Of a DNA stretch of 64,000 nt, positions 28,614 to 37,088 are shown piece by piece (positions within the stretch are counted from its first letter, which is position 1; each line of letters begins with the position of its first letter). The position numbers and the translations under genes were made by a program. Source of the DNA: a virus. The notes beneath the pieces are model-generated. The model was not told where the DNA came from, made no database searches, and saw nothing but the letters and a program-made list of their open reading frames with translations. The DNA lies in IMG/VR virus record IMGVR_UViG_3300031414_000008, positions 1 to 64,000 of that record; one strand, written 5' to 3'.

Positions 28614-28931
28614 ATGAGAGCTGTGAAAGAAGGTAAGCAAGGCCAGAACGTGATGTCATATCATGGACTGGAATTCGTTAAGGACATTGGCCGTCCGTAC
28701 ATCGTTATCTCTTCAATTCGGAATACTGCCGCAGTCTCAGGCCCTGAGATCAAGGCTGCAGTAAAAACCCTAAGAGTCAGGCAGCATCGGCTGCTAGTTC
28801 AAAGGGGAACTCGGGAATTCCATGCAAATTGTATTCGACTGAAAGATCTCGCTGCCGTGGATCAACAACTCGGTGGGAAAATTACGGGAATAGTCGAAGA
28901 TCTCCTCAATGAGTATAGGAACTATCTATGA
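28614..28931 (+). CDS. Hypothetical protein, BRO-N/Ant-N-like
   Basis: GGAG RBS; GLEFVKDIGRPYIVISSIRNTAAV. Confidence 0.6.
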   Translation: MRAVKEGKQGQNVMSYHGLEFVKDIGRPYIVISSIRNTAAVSGPEIKAAVKTLRVRQHRLLVQRGTREFHANCIRLKDLAAVDQQLGGKITGIVEDLLNEYRNYL

Positions 28932-29530
28932 ACTTCTTTGGTAAAAACATTGATGTGACAAACATTGACGGACACTTCTATGTGAAACTCAATGGCGTAC
29001 TTCCCACGGACGTGATCACTGAGCATTCGTACTCAGTTGGCTTTCCGTTAGACAATGTCCTCCCGCTCCTCGGCTTACTTAAGGATACCGGTTGGGATGG
29101 GCTCTACAAGAGAGAATTGGTTAAGCACGTCGTCTACGACCGCGTGATGCTCCATCAGGACATGACCATTCCGACGATCGTTGATGTCGATCTCGGTAAA
29201 CGCATGCGAGTGTCCGCGTACGAAGAGGATGATGAGATCTGGGTGTGTGCCGTTCAAATCGAGCAACTCTCGGTGGGGATCCACTACGACCTCCGGGTTG
29301 CCGAGAACTTAAGACCTTCGCAGATCAATTATATCCACGTTCCGTTCCGGCCACGTCTTGTCTGGCAGAACGATCGGGAGATGGTGGTGTATTTCATCCC
29401 GCTGTCCCATGTGGATCAGTACTTCAAGAACCTGAGGACCGACTTCAACGCGAATTACGTTGACCCGCACATCGGGCGGCTTCAGGACAAAATCGAATCG
29501 ACTATCAAGGGGATGTCAAAGTGGATGTAA
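28928..29530 (+). CDS. Hypothetical protein, possibly two BRO-N/Ant-N-like domains
   Basis: ATGA overlap; NIDVTNIDGHFYVKLNGVL and RVSAYEEDDEIWVCAVQIEQL. Confidence 0.65.
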   Translation: MNFFGKNIDVTNIDGHFYVKLNGVLPTDVITEHSYSVGFPLDNVLPLLGLLKDTGWDGLYKRELVKHVVYDRVMLHQDMTIPTIVDVDLGKRMRVSAYEEDDEIWVCAVQIEQLSVGIHYDLRVAENLRPSQINYIHVPFRPRLVWQNDREMVVYFIPLSHVDQYFKNLRTDFNANYVDPHIGRLQDKIESTIKGMSKWM

Positions 29531-29730
29531 CACTGTTTGAAGAAGATGACAAGGGCAACCTCGTTGCTACTGCGGGTGATGTAACGGTCACGGTCGGTGT
29601 TCACAAGGACACCGTAATGATTGAGCAGGAAGGGGACAATGATGAACCTGACTTGATCATGATGTCTAATCCCGAACAGGTACAGGCAGTGATCGACAGA
29701 CTTCAGGATTTCCTGAACCTGCCGCAGTAA
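29521..29730 (+). CDS. Small acidic hypothetical protein
   Basis: 69 aa, GTG start, ends at a bidirectional terminator. Confidence 0.65.
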   Translation: MDVTLFEEDDKGNLVATAGDVTVTVGVHKDTVMIEQEGDNDEPDLIMMSNPEQVQAVIDRLQDFLNLPQ

Positions 29731-29764
29731 GAAAAACCCCAGGTCTCCCTGGGGTTTCTTTTTA
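29729..29764. terminator. Bidirectional terminator
   Basis: A run-CCCCAGG-TCTC-CCTGGGG-T run between convergent genes (GAGA tetraloop on the - strand). Confidence 0.85.
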
Positions 29765-32700
29765 GCCGATCTTAATCGGAGTGTTCGCGTCGATCTCGCC
29801 GGCATGCAGGGCTGCGAGTGCCTCCGCTTCCGTCTTGAACTCATGAACCTTCTTCTCCATGTCCGGCTTGGTCAGGTGCACAGAGCCGAGGATGGCTTCG
29901 TGGCCTGGGGCGAACATCGGCGTACCGTAACCGCGACGGGCGTCGTGCAGGTGGTTGCTCGGCATTAACTTCTCACGAGCTTCCTTCACGGCTTCCGGAG
30001 TCATCGGCAGATACATCGACAAGGCGTCACCGTCGTAGTCCGCAGCGTAGCCTGGCAGGTGCAGGATGTTCAGACCGATGGTCTTCCCGTCCGTCGGGAT
30101 TGGCTTCATCGCCATGACGTTGGTACGCATCAGCGTAGGAGCACGGTTCAGCAGTACTGGTACGGTGTCAACCATGTGGTTGAACGAAGCCATGGCTGCG
30201 TCGTTACGCTCTTCGTACGCCTTTTTAGCGTCGGCGAGGTCGTAGCCCTTCTGGGACAGGTCGCGGATGATGTGCATCTTGTACATCTCCCACAGCTGAT
30301 CCTTCGGAATCTTCGCCTCGTTGAAGCCTACGTCCGGCGCCGCGTAGATGGTACCACGACCGGAGAAGTCCTGTTTCTTCGACAGCAACTTACTCTGGAA
30401 GTAACCGTTCTTCGGCCCTTCGTTACCTTCGATCTGCTCCATCAGACCCTTGATACCTTTCTGCTTCGCTTGGAAGTCGATCGGTTCACCAGAGGCCATG
30501 ATCGCCTTCGCACCGTTGTACAGGTCACGACGCAGATCGACCATCCCTTCCATGTCCGGAGACAGCATGTCCATGCCGATCTCTTCGTCCAGACGCTTCA
30601 GACGGCCGTTCACCAGCATGTGGTGTTTGTACAGCTCGTTCACGTCAGCGTAAGACAGACGGCTACCCGAGATGGAGTACGGACGCATCACCGGTGGGAT
30701 AACCGGCATGTGGTTCAGGATGTACGCCTTCGATGGATCGCTGAAGCCTTGCTTGTCTAGACCCGCCAGGTACTTCATACGCTTCACCATCTTGTCACGC
30801 TTGGCGACAGACTTCTCGGTACCCACGGCTTCACGCAGATGAGCCAGCTCTTCCTGGACGTTGATGCTGCCCAGCATCTCCTTCATCGCGTGCCCGCCGA
30901 CCAGTGTCTCACCCGCCTCGGAAGCTTCCTTACCGAGCACACCAGAGGTGTTGATGCGTTTGATGATCTTGTCGTTGTCGTGCGTGTCGACCAGGTTGAA
31001 GTGACCGGCACCGACCTTCTGCACGCCGTACTTACCGCTGACCACGTGGTTGAACTCGTCTTTGTTCAGCCCAAGCAGGTGTTTCACCGGGTCTTCCATT
31101 ACTGGGTTGACGATCGGTTCCATCAGCTTGTAGTGAGACCAGTTCTTCCCTTCCGGACCGCCGGTGATGTTCATATCGAACAGACCACCTTTAACCGGTG
31201 CCACGTTACGGGCCAGGATCATGTCGGGCTTCTGGATTTCCCCAGCAGACTGAGACAGTACCTCGCGGTCGGTCATCGGGCCGGCAACCAGATTACCGTT
31301 ACGCTCAGAGACGGAAATCCCTGAACCCTTCAGGTAATCGAAGAACTTACGGGTCGCGAACGTCGTCTTCGGCTGCGGCAGTGGCAGGCCACGCATGAAC
31401 TTGTCCCAGTAGTCGTGAGTGTCAGCGTGGTCGCCGCCCTCAGACTTCACGGTACCGATCTCTTTCAGGTTCGCACGGGCGTTCGAGCCGAGCAGGCCCA
31501 GGAACTCCATGTAACCCACAGACTTCGCACCATCGTCACCACCCTTGGTAGGCTGGGCGTTGTTGTCGTAGCCGCCGACTGAACGGGCTGAGTAGTTCGC
31601 ATCCGTCGTCTTGTTCAGCTTCAGGATGTACTGCGGACCGGTCATGACCTTCTCGCCGTACACGTGGCCGGTCTTCGGATCGTACACCTTATCGGTGTCA
31701 GACAGACCATGCTCGTGCAGCTCGTCCTGCAGGTGCTTAACGATCGCCTTGCCGTCGCCGTGTTCGTAGACCTTGGTCTTGTACGGCTTGCCCGTCTTCT
31801 GAGCAATCTTACCGGCCGCGGCTTCGAAGACCTGACCCAGGTTGATACGGGAGGTTACGGACGCCGGGTTCAGAATCATGTCGAGCGGCTTACCGTTCGC
31901 ATGCGGCATCTCGTCGTCTTCCAGAATCAGGGAGACAACACCCTTGTTACCGTGCAGACCTGTTACCTTGTCACCGGTCTCGAGCTTACGCTCAGAGCGG
32001 ATCATGATGCGGACTTTCTTACCGTCGGTAGAACAGTCGGTTACCACACCTGGCTCTTCGTGATCCCAGATCTCAGCGGCTGAACGATATGGGTTAACCA
32101 GGGTCTTGTGCAGACGGCCCAGAACCATGTCGGTTTCAGTCAGCTGGCGTTGCTCGAGGACCGCGTAGACCGGGTCACCGTAGTGCAGCGTTACGCCTGG
32201 CTTAGCGAAGCCGCGAGAGTCGAGCTTATTCAGCTGCTCTGCAGTGAACTTGCCACCGAAGGACGCCTTGTACTTCGACAGGTCAGAGACCGTCTCTTTA
32301 CTGACGTTGTACTCTACCTTATAGGCGTGGTTCGAAGTCAGCTTCTCGGTCGCTGAACGAGATACAACGATACCATCTTCATGGTTGAAGCCTTTGAACG
32401 GCATGTAGGCCGTCTCGAGGTTCTTACCGATGGCGAAGTCGCCGTGCTTCGTGTAGTTGTTGTCAGACAGAACCTGACCGGCAACGACGTTGTCCCCTGC
32501 ATGCAGGTTGTGCGGTTCGTCGTCGTGGAAGCCCTTCATGTTGAACGGGAGGTTCTTCACGAAGTCTACACGGTGTTCTTTACCGTCTTCACCCTTGATG
32601 TGCACCGAAGTGGCATCGGCTTTGGTGACGGTACCTGTGACCGGGGCGACCGTCGAAACGATCTGGCCGATCTGCTTCACGAAGGTGTGACCGGCGTCAG

Positions 32701-34342
32701 TCACAGTCTGCACGAGTGGTGCTTCACGGTGAACGAGCGACAGTGCCTGAGGAATCGCCTTACCGGCCATGGTCAGACGACCTGGGTGGTTGGTGTTCAG
32801 GAACGGCACGAGGTTAGTCGTGATCGTGTACATGTCGGTACCGGACGGAATCCAGTACTCCACCTCTGAGCGAGGGATAGATTTGAACTCACCGTTGACC
32901 TGAGCCTGGACCTGCGGCTTGCCGTTCTTGCGGCCATCCGGGAAACCAATCTTCTTGGTCATCAGTTCGTTCGCTGACAGATAAACCGTCTTGCCGGTCT
33001 TGGCGTCGATCGCACGGGCGTACATTCCGCCTTCCTTGTCACGGCGGGCAGAAATGGTGAAACGCTGGTCCAGACCGGCAGAGGATGACTCTGGCGTACG
33101 GGACGGGTCGATGATCCCCAGGTTCGATGGGTGCACGTTACGTGACTCCATGGTCGCCTGACGTTCAGAGGACATCCCGCCTTCACCTTGAGCGATCAAC
33201 GTTACCTTACCGACGTTCTCGATGGACTCGATCGGGTTAGTTTCGTCCGGGGTTGATGACAGCTGAGAGCCGATCACGAAATCCGTGTAGATCTTGTTGA
33301 AAGGCTTGGCCGGCAGAACGTCACGCAGCGACGGAGCGTCGTCCTTCAGTTTGCTCAAGTTGAACTTGATGCGGTCGAAGGCTTTGCCTACGGTCTGGTG
33401 CTGCTTGTTCTCTTCGAAGCGACGGCCGATGAAGTCCGGCAGGTTCTGAACACGCTTGAACTGCAGGGAGTCACGGTTGTCTTCAGGACGCTTCTTCGAG
33501 TACACGGCAACGATGTTCTTCATCGCACGCAGCAGGGTTTCCGGCTCGATACCGCCGAAGGATTTACCCAGAGTGACTTCCGTCGTCTGCTTGTCCAGAG
33601 TCATTTCACCCAGACGGTGCTTCAGGGCAGCCCCCATCTCTTCCGGAGAAACAGACTTGGTCTGCTCACGACGGTCAACGAGACGACGGTACAGCTGGCT
33701 CAGCGCCAGGTCTTCTTTCCCTTGAGCAAGCTTCTTGTTCGCCTGCCATACTTCGGCCGGCACGAATTGCTGCACGTCGGCGTCAGACAGGCCAAAGCCC
33801 TTGGTCATCAACGGAGCGATAGGGATGTGCAGGTTCTTCCCGTTGATCTTCGAGAAGTAGATCTCCATCGATTTGGAGTCCAGGCCGAGAGAGAACGTCG
33901 CACCCTTACCGGTGTTGATGTTGGTCTCGAGCTCACCGTTCCCGGTCTTACGGGTATACACGCCCGGACGCAGCTGCATCAGGTTGGCTACGGAGTAGTT
34001 GTTCCCTTTGTACAGCAGCGTGTGCTTGTTGGTTACGTGGAAGGTATCCGCCAGGGCGAAGTTCTGGACACGGTCAAGCAGTTTCCCCGTCGCACGGTCG
34101 TGCAGGAGTAACGTACCCCGGATAGGGTACGTCAGGGAGCGAGACTGCAGGATAGCGTCCTTCTCATCGGCCGTGGTGTATTCCTTCTTGTCGACGTGCG
34201 GGTCCACCACGGTAAGGGTGTACTTGCCCGTCTCAATCGGGAATTGCTTAGTGATCCCTTCCATCATCGCACGATCAGTGGCATCGTTGATGTCACGAGG
34301 CGACGAGAAGATAGGGGTCAGTTCACTGGCTGACTTAGGCAT
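29762..34342 (-). CDS. RNA polymerase beta / beta-prime N-terminal half fusion
   Basis: beta motifs SQLS...NP, RNVHPSNLG..DP..TPE, FNHEDGIVVS, GDKVTGLHGNKGVV, DMILNP...SRINLGQ, YILKLN; then beta-prime motifs GEIQKP...GGLFD, LLSKKQDFSGRG, VLLNRAPTL and catalytic DYDGD (30026-30040). Confidence 0.95.
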   Translation of the reverse strand: MPKSASELTPIFSSPRDINDATDRAMMEGITKQFPIETGKYTLTVVDPHVDKKEYTTADEKDAILQSRSLTYPIRGTLLLHDRATGKLLDRVQNFALADTFHVTNKHTLLYKGNNYSVANLMQLRPGVYTRKTGNGELETNINTGKGATFSLGLDSKSMEIYFSKINGKNLHIPIAPLMTKGFGLSDADVQQFVPAEVWQANKKLAQGKEDLALSQLYRRLVDRREQTKSVSPEEMGAALKHRLGEMTLDKQTTEVTLGKSFGGIEPETLLRAMKNIVAVYSKKRPEDNRDSLQFKRVQNLPDFIGRRFEENKQHQTVGKAFDRIKFNLSKLKDDAPSLRDVLPAKPFNKIYTDFVIGSQLSSTPDETNPIESIENVGKVTLIAQGEGGMSSERQATMESRNVHPSNLGIIDPSRTPESSSAGLDQRFTISARRDKEGGMYARAIDAKTGKTVYLSANELMTKKIGFPDGRKNGKPQVQAQVNGEFKSIPRSEVEYWIPSGTDMYTITTNLVPFLNTNHPGRLTMAGKAIPQALSLVHREAPLVQTVTDAGHTFVKQIGQIVSTVAPVTGTVTKADATSVHIKGEDGKEHRVDFVKNLPFNMKGFHDDEPHNLHAGDNVVAGQVLSDNNYTKHGDFAIGKNLETAYMPFKGFNHEDGIVVSRSATEKLTSNHAYKVEYNVSKETVSDLSKYKASFGGKFTAEQLNKLDSRGFAKPGVTLHYGDPVYAVLEQRQLTETDMVLGRLHKTLVNPYRSAAEIWDHEEPGVVTDCSTDGKKVRIMIRSERKLETGDKVTGLHGNKGVVSLILEDDEMPHANGKPLDMILNPASVTSRINLGQVFEAAAGKIAQKTGKPYKTKVYEHGDGKAIVKHLQDELHEHGLSDTDKVYDPKTGHVYGEKVMTGPQYILKLNKTTDANYSARSVGGYDNNAQPTKGGDDGAKSVGYMEFLGLLGSNARANLKEIGTVKSEGGDHADTHDYWDKFMRGLPLPQPKTTFATRKFFDYLKGSGISVSERNGNLVAGPMTDREVLSQSAGEIQKPDMILARNVAPVKGGLFDMNITGGPEGKNWSHYKLMEPIVNPVMEDPVKHLLGLNKDEFNHVVSGKYGVQKVGAGHFNLVDTHDNDKIIKRINTSGVLGKEASEAGETLVGGHAMKEMLGSINVQEELAHLREAVGTEKSVAKRDKMVKRMKYLAGLDKQGFSDPSKAYILNHMPVIPPVMRPYSISGSRLSYADVNELYKHHMLVNGRLKRLDEEIGMDMLSPDMEGMVDLRRDLYNGAKAIMASGEPIDFQAKQKGIKGLMEQIEGNEGPKNGYFQSKLLSKKQDFSGRGTIYAAPDVGFNEAKIPKDQLWEMYKMHIIRDLSQKGYDLADAKKAYEERNDAAMASFNHMVDTVPVLLNRAPTLMRTNVMAMKPIPTDGKTIGLNILHLPGYAADYDGDALSMYLPMTPEAVKEAREKLMPSNHLHDARRGYGTPMFAPGHEAILGSVHLTKPDMEKKVHEFKTEAEALAALHAGEIDANTPIKIG

Positions 34343-34625
34343 TCAAACGTCTCTCCATATAAATTACCACGCAGGTGTAAACGCCGGTTACGTTCGAGAT
34401 GGTGTCCTTGCGGTCCATCACGATGATTTCCCCTGTATTGCTGCGGGTTAACAGCGATTCCAATGCCAGTGTGTCATCATCACCTTCGGCAGAGGGTGCA
34501 CCGATGGTGAAGTGCCCCACACGGTACACAAACAGTGCGGGGTCGAACTGGACGTCTTCTAACGCCGGGGACATCCCCGGCATTGAATTACCCTTGTTGC
34601 TGGGCTCCAGCGGATTCTGAGCCAT
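34335..34625 (-). CDS. Small hypothetical protein between portal and RNAP genes
   Basis: 96 aa, AGGAGG RBS, overlaps both neighbours. Confidence 0.7.
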   Translation of the reverse strand: MAQNPLEPSNKGNSMPGMSPALEDVQFDPALFVYRVGHFTIGAPSAEGDDDTLALESLLTRSNTGEIIVMDRKDTISNVTGVYTCVVIYMERRLNA

Positions 34626-36330
34626 TTGCTCCTCCTGGTTGTTCTTGTTCGTTGCTACCCGGGTTCGGCATATCGTTCAGCATACGCATCACTGTCTGAT
34701 ACATCGTCGGGTCGTCGTTCTGAAGTTTGAACAGGATATCACGTTGCTGTTCTGGTGTCTGTGCAGCCAGAACTTTTTTCGCGATATTGTACGCTTCTTT
34801 ACGGGAATCTTCGTATCCGGAAGAGTCCTTCTCGGACTGCAGGCCTTTCGACTTAGCGTGCATTGCACGTTCAAGCTTGAAGTCGATGTCGATTTGCTTC
34901 TCAGCCATGGAGATCTGATCGTCGCCCATCTTATCGAGCTCTTCGTCGTAGTCCATACCGTACGCTTCGAGCAGTGTAGACGCAGAGATGACTTTCTCTT
35001 TCCACATGTCGAGCATTGCGGCTTTCAGGGCTTCGTTATCCGTAAGTTTAAACGGCACGAGGTCCACTTCGGTGATCTCGATCGACAGATACTGTGCGAT
35101 CTTTTCCATGACCCAGTTGATCAATTCACGCAGCTGACCAACATAGTTGTTCATGGTGTTCTCGAGCAGACGCAGGCCCACGGTTGATGACGTCCAGTTC
35201 GTGGTACCGGACAGCAGCTCGCGGGATACGCCCATCGACATCAGCTGTTGCTCTTCCGCGTACTGCAGCTCCTGGTTCACGAGCAGTGAACGGCCCTGGC
35301 CTCCGATCTGCTGGTACCCGATTGGGGTCGGAGCGATCAGGATGTGGTTCGGATCGTTCTTCATGTGACGCATCGTCTTCTTCATGTGCTTCGCGAAGCC
35401 ACGCAGAGACATCTGGGCAATAGGGTCACCGCTTGCAGAGTTCTGCTGAGGGAACAGGACACGCAGTGGCACCATGTGCTCGGCCGCCACGGCTTCGTTC
35501 GCCTTACGTAGCATCTGCTGGTAGAACACCAGACCGTAGTGGGAAATCAGCGGAGGAATGCCCAGACCGTCAACCATGTTACCCATGGAGATAGACTTCA
35601 TGTGGTAGATGTTTGAGGAGTCGAACATGTAGTCCTTGCCGTAACGCACCGCGTCTACCATAGACCACGGCACAGTGGCCAGGAACAGTGGGTCGCCGTC
35701 CATGATCTTCCGCTTCACTTCACCAGGGATCGTGTAGTAGAACTCAGACTCACCGGTCACCGGGTTGTGGTTCATTGAAACGTGCTCAGGCTTCCACTTG
35801 ATCAGGTTGATACGGCTGATGTCACGGGACTTGGTGTCCACAACTTTGTACTGCACAGAGTTCATGCATGCTGGGCACTCGCCCTGGAAGACCCACTTCT
35901 TGAAGACGGCCGCATTCGTACGCATCGCTGAACGCACTTCGAAAGAAGACTTACAGTTCGGGCAGTGCAGGTGACGGTCAATCGGGAAGTAGATTGACGT
36001 GTACACGTTCCCGAGCGTGTAGTAATCGAAGCCGGTATCGGACATACGCTCTTTCAGGCGGATGCTCTTGAAGATACGCTTGTACGTCTCGATGGTTTGC
36101 TCGTTGTTCGACTCGATCGTGAACTCAGTGATCGGGTAAGATGACAGTTTGCGGATCACCTCAGTCGTTGTCGGCGCCTGAGTCGTGATGTAGCGAGACC
36201 ACTTGATGATATCGTGGAAGCTTCGCGGGACAAACTGGTTGGCCTGCGTGAAGAATGGGCTTGGCAGCTGACCGACTTCGTAGCTGTCCGCCATTCCGCT
36301 CGGCGTCGGGTTTAATCCAAACATTGACAT
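34588..36330 (-). CDS. Probable portal protein with inserted CxxC...CxxC zinc ribbon
   Basis: 580 aa; portal-like pattern (D..TLGNVYTSI; YHMKS....DGLGIPPL; GVSRELLSG; acidic coiled-coil tail); CPNC...CPAC insertion. Family call by eye only. Confidence 0.55.
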   Translation of the reverse strand: MSMFGLNPTPSGMADSYEVGQLPSPFFTQANQFVPRSFHDIIKWSRYITTQAPTTTEVIRKLSSYPITEFTIESNNEQTIETYKRIFKSIRLKERMSDTGFDYYTLGNVYTSIYFPIDRHLHCPNCKSSFEVRSAMRTNAAVFKKWVFQGECPACMNSVQYKVVDTKSRDISRINLIKWKPEHVSMNHNPVTGESEFYYTIPGEVKRKIMDGDPLFLATVPWSMVDAVRYGKDYMFDSSNIYHMKSISMGNMVDGLGIPPLISHYGLVFYQQMLRKANEAVAAEHMVPLRVLFPQQNSASGDPIAQMSLRGFAKHMKKTMRHMKNDPNHILIAPTPIGYQQIGGQGRSLLVNQELQYAEEQQLMSMGVSRELLSGTTNWTSSTVGLRLLENTMNNYVGQLRELINWVMEKIAQYLSIEITEVDLVPFKLTDNEALKAAMLDMWKEKVISASTLLEAYGMDYDEELDKMGDDQISMAEKQIDIDFKLERAMHAKSKGLQSEKDSSGYEDSRKEAYNIAKKVLAAQTPEQQRDILFKLQNDDPTMYQTVMRMLNDMPNPGSNEQEQPGGANGSESAGAQQQG

Positions 36331-36359
36331 GTGGTTTTCCTCATTAATTAGACTACCCG

Positions 36360-36366
36360 GATTTTA
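36360..36366 (-). promoter_or_regulatory. TAAAAT(C) late-type motif variant
   Basis: 30 nt upstream of the portal ATG. Confidence 0.5.
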
Positions 36367-36393
36367 GCGGATTCAACGATGGAAAGCCAGGAT

Positions 36394-36401
36394 GGTATAA
36401 G
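36394..36401 (+). promoter_or_regulatory. GGTATAAG phage promoter motif
   Basis: GGTATAAG-GAAG-GTGTA, 27 nt before ATG. Confidence 0.65.
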
Positions 36402-36428
36402 GAAGGTGTAACCAAACAGGAGAATTTT

Positions 36429-36608
36429 ATGAAATTACTTAATGGCCTGCAGCAGAGTTCCGTATCGATGACCACCATCCTGGCCGCCGGCGCTACCGTC
36501 ATGGTCGTTGCCTTGGCTATCACCGTCCGTGACCATCAGGACCGCATCGAAGATCTGGAGAAACGCTTGGCACTCGCAGGCGCTCCTGAAGTGGAGAAAG
36601 AAGAATGA
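36429..36608 (+). CDS. Small single-TM protein (LLxxLKQ family)
   Basis: 59 aa, AGGAG RBS; MKLLNGLQQ...ILAAGATVMVVALAITV...QDRIEDLEKRL. Confidence 0.75.
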   Translation: MKLLNGLQQSSVSMTTILAAGATVMVVALAITVRDHQDRIEDLEKRLALAGAPEVEKEE

Positions 36609-36841
36609 GCATCCTGAACGCCCTGAAACAGAATGAAACCCGAACGCTGGCCACTGTTGCGATCACCGTCGCGGCGGCCGCGGCTGTCGGCTGTACGGTC
36701 ATGGCTGTGCGTCAAGACCGCCTGAACCGTCGCATGAATGATCTCGAGAAGTTGGCGAACCTGAATGCAGACGTAACCCTGAACCTGACGCACGTCGTGG
36801 GAAAGCTCTCAAGCACCACCGCTGAGAATCCAATAACGTAA
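36605..36841 (+). CDS. Small single-TM protein (LLxxLKQ family)
   Basis: 78 aa, ATGA overlap; MSILNALKQ...VAITVAAAAAVGCTVMAV RQDR...NDLEKL. Confidence 0.75.
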   Translation: MSILNALKQNETRTLATVAITVAAAAAVGCTVMAVRQDRLNRRMNDLEKLANLNADVTLNLTHVVGKLSSTTAENPIT

Positions 36842-36850
36842 CGGCAGACT

Positions 36851-36858
36851 GGTATAAG
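36851..36858 (+). promoter_or_regulatory. GGTATAAG phage promoter motif
   Basis: GGTATAAG-AGTT-GTGTA. Confidence 0.65.
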
Positions 36859-36887
36859 AGTTGTGTACACAGAATAAGGAATCGATT

Positions 36888-37019
36888 ATGAATACCTCGA
36901 AGTTCATCCGCTTTGCCCGCACTGCAGCCGCAGTTGCACTGACCGCAGCAGCTATCAACCAGATTGCTCTGGAAGTCAAACGTCGCAGTAAAGAGAAGGT
37001 TGTAACGGAAGTCCAATAA
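36888..37019 (+). CDS. Small Ala-rich hydrophobic protein (43 aa)
   Basis: AAGGA RBS; MNTSKFIRFARTAAAVALTAAAINQIALEVKRRSKEKVVTEVQ. Confidence 0.65.
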   Translation: MNTSKFIRFARTAAAVALTAAAINQIALEVKRRSKEKVVTEVQ

Positions 37020-37033
37020 CAGAAAGGGATTCC

Positions 37034-37041
37034 GGTATAAG
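37034..37041 (+). promoter_or_regulatory. GGTATAAG phage promoter motif
   Basis: GGTATAAG-CTAT-GTGTA. Confidence 0.65.
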
Positions 37042-37088
37042 CTATGTGTAGTAAGAACAATCAATCCATTCTATCCAAGGATCTAATC

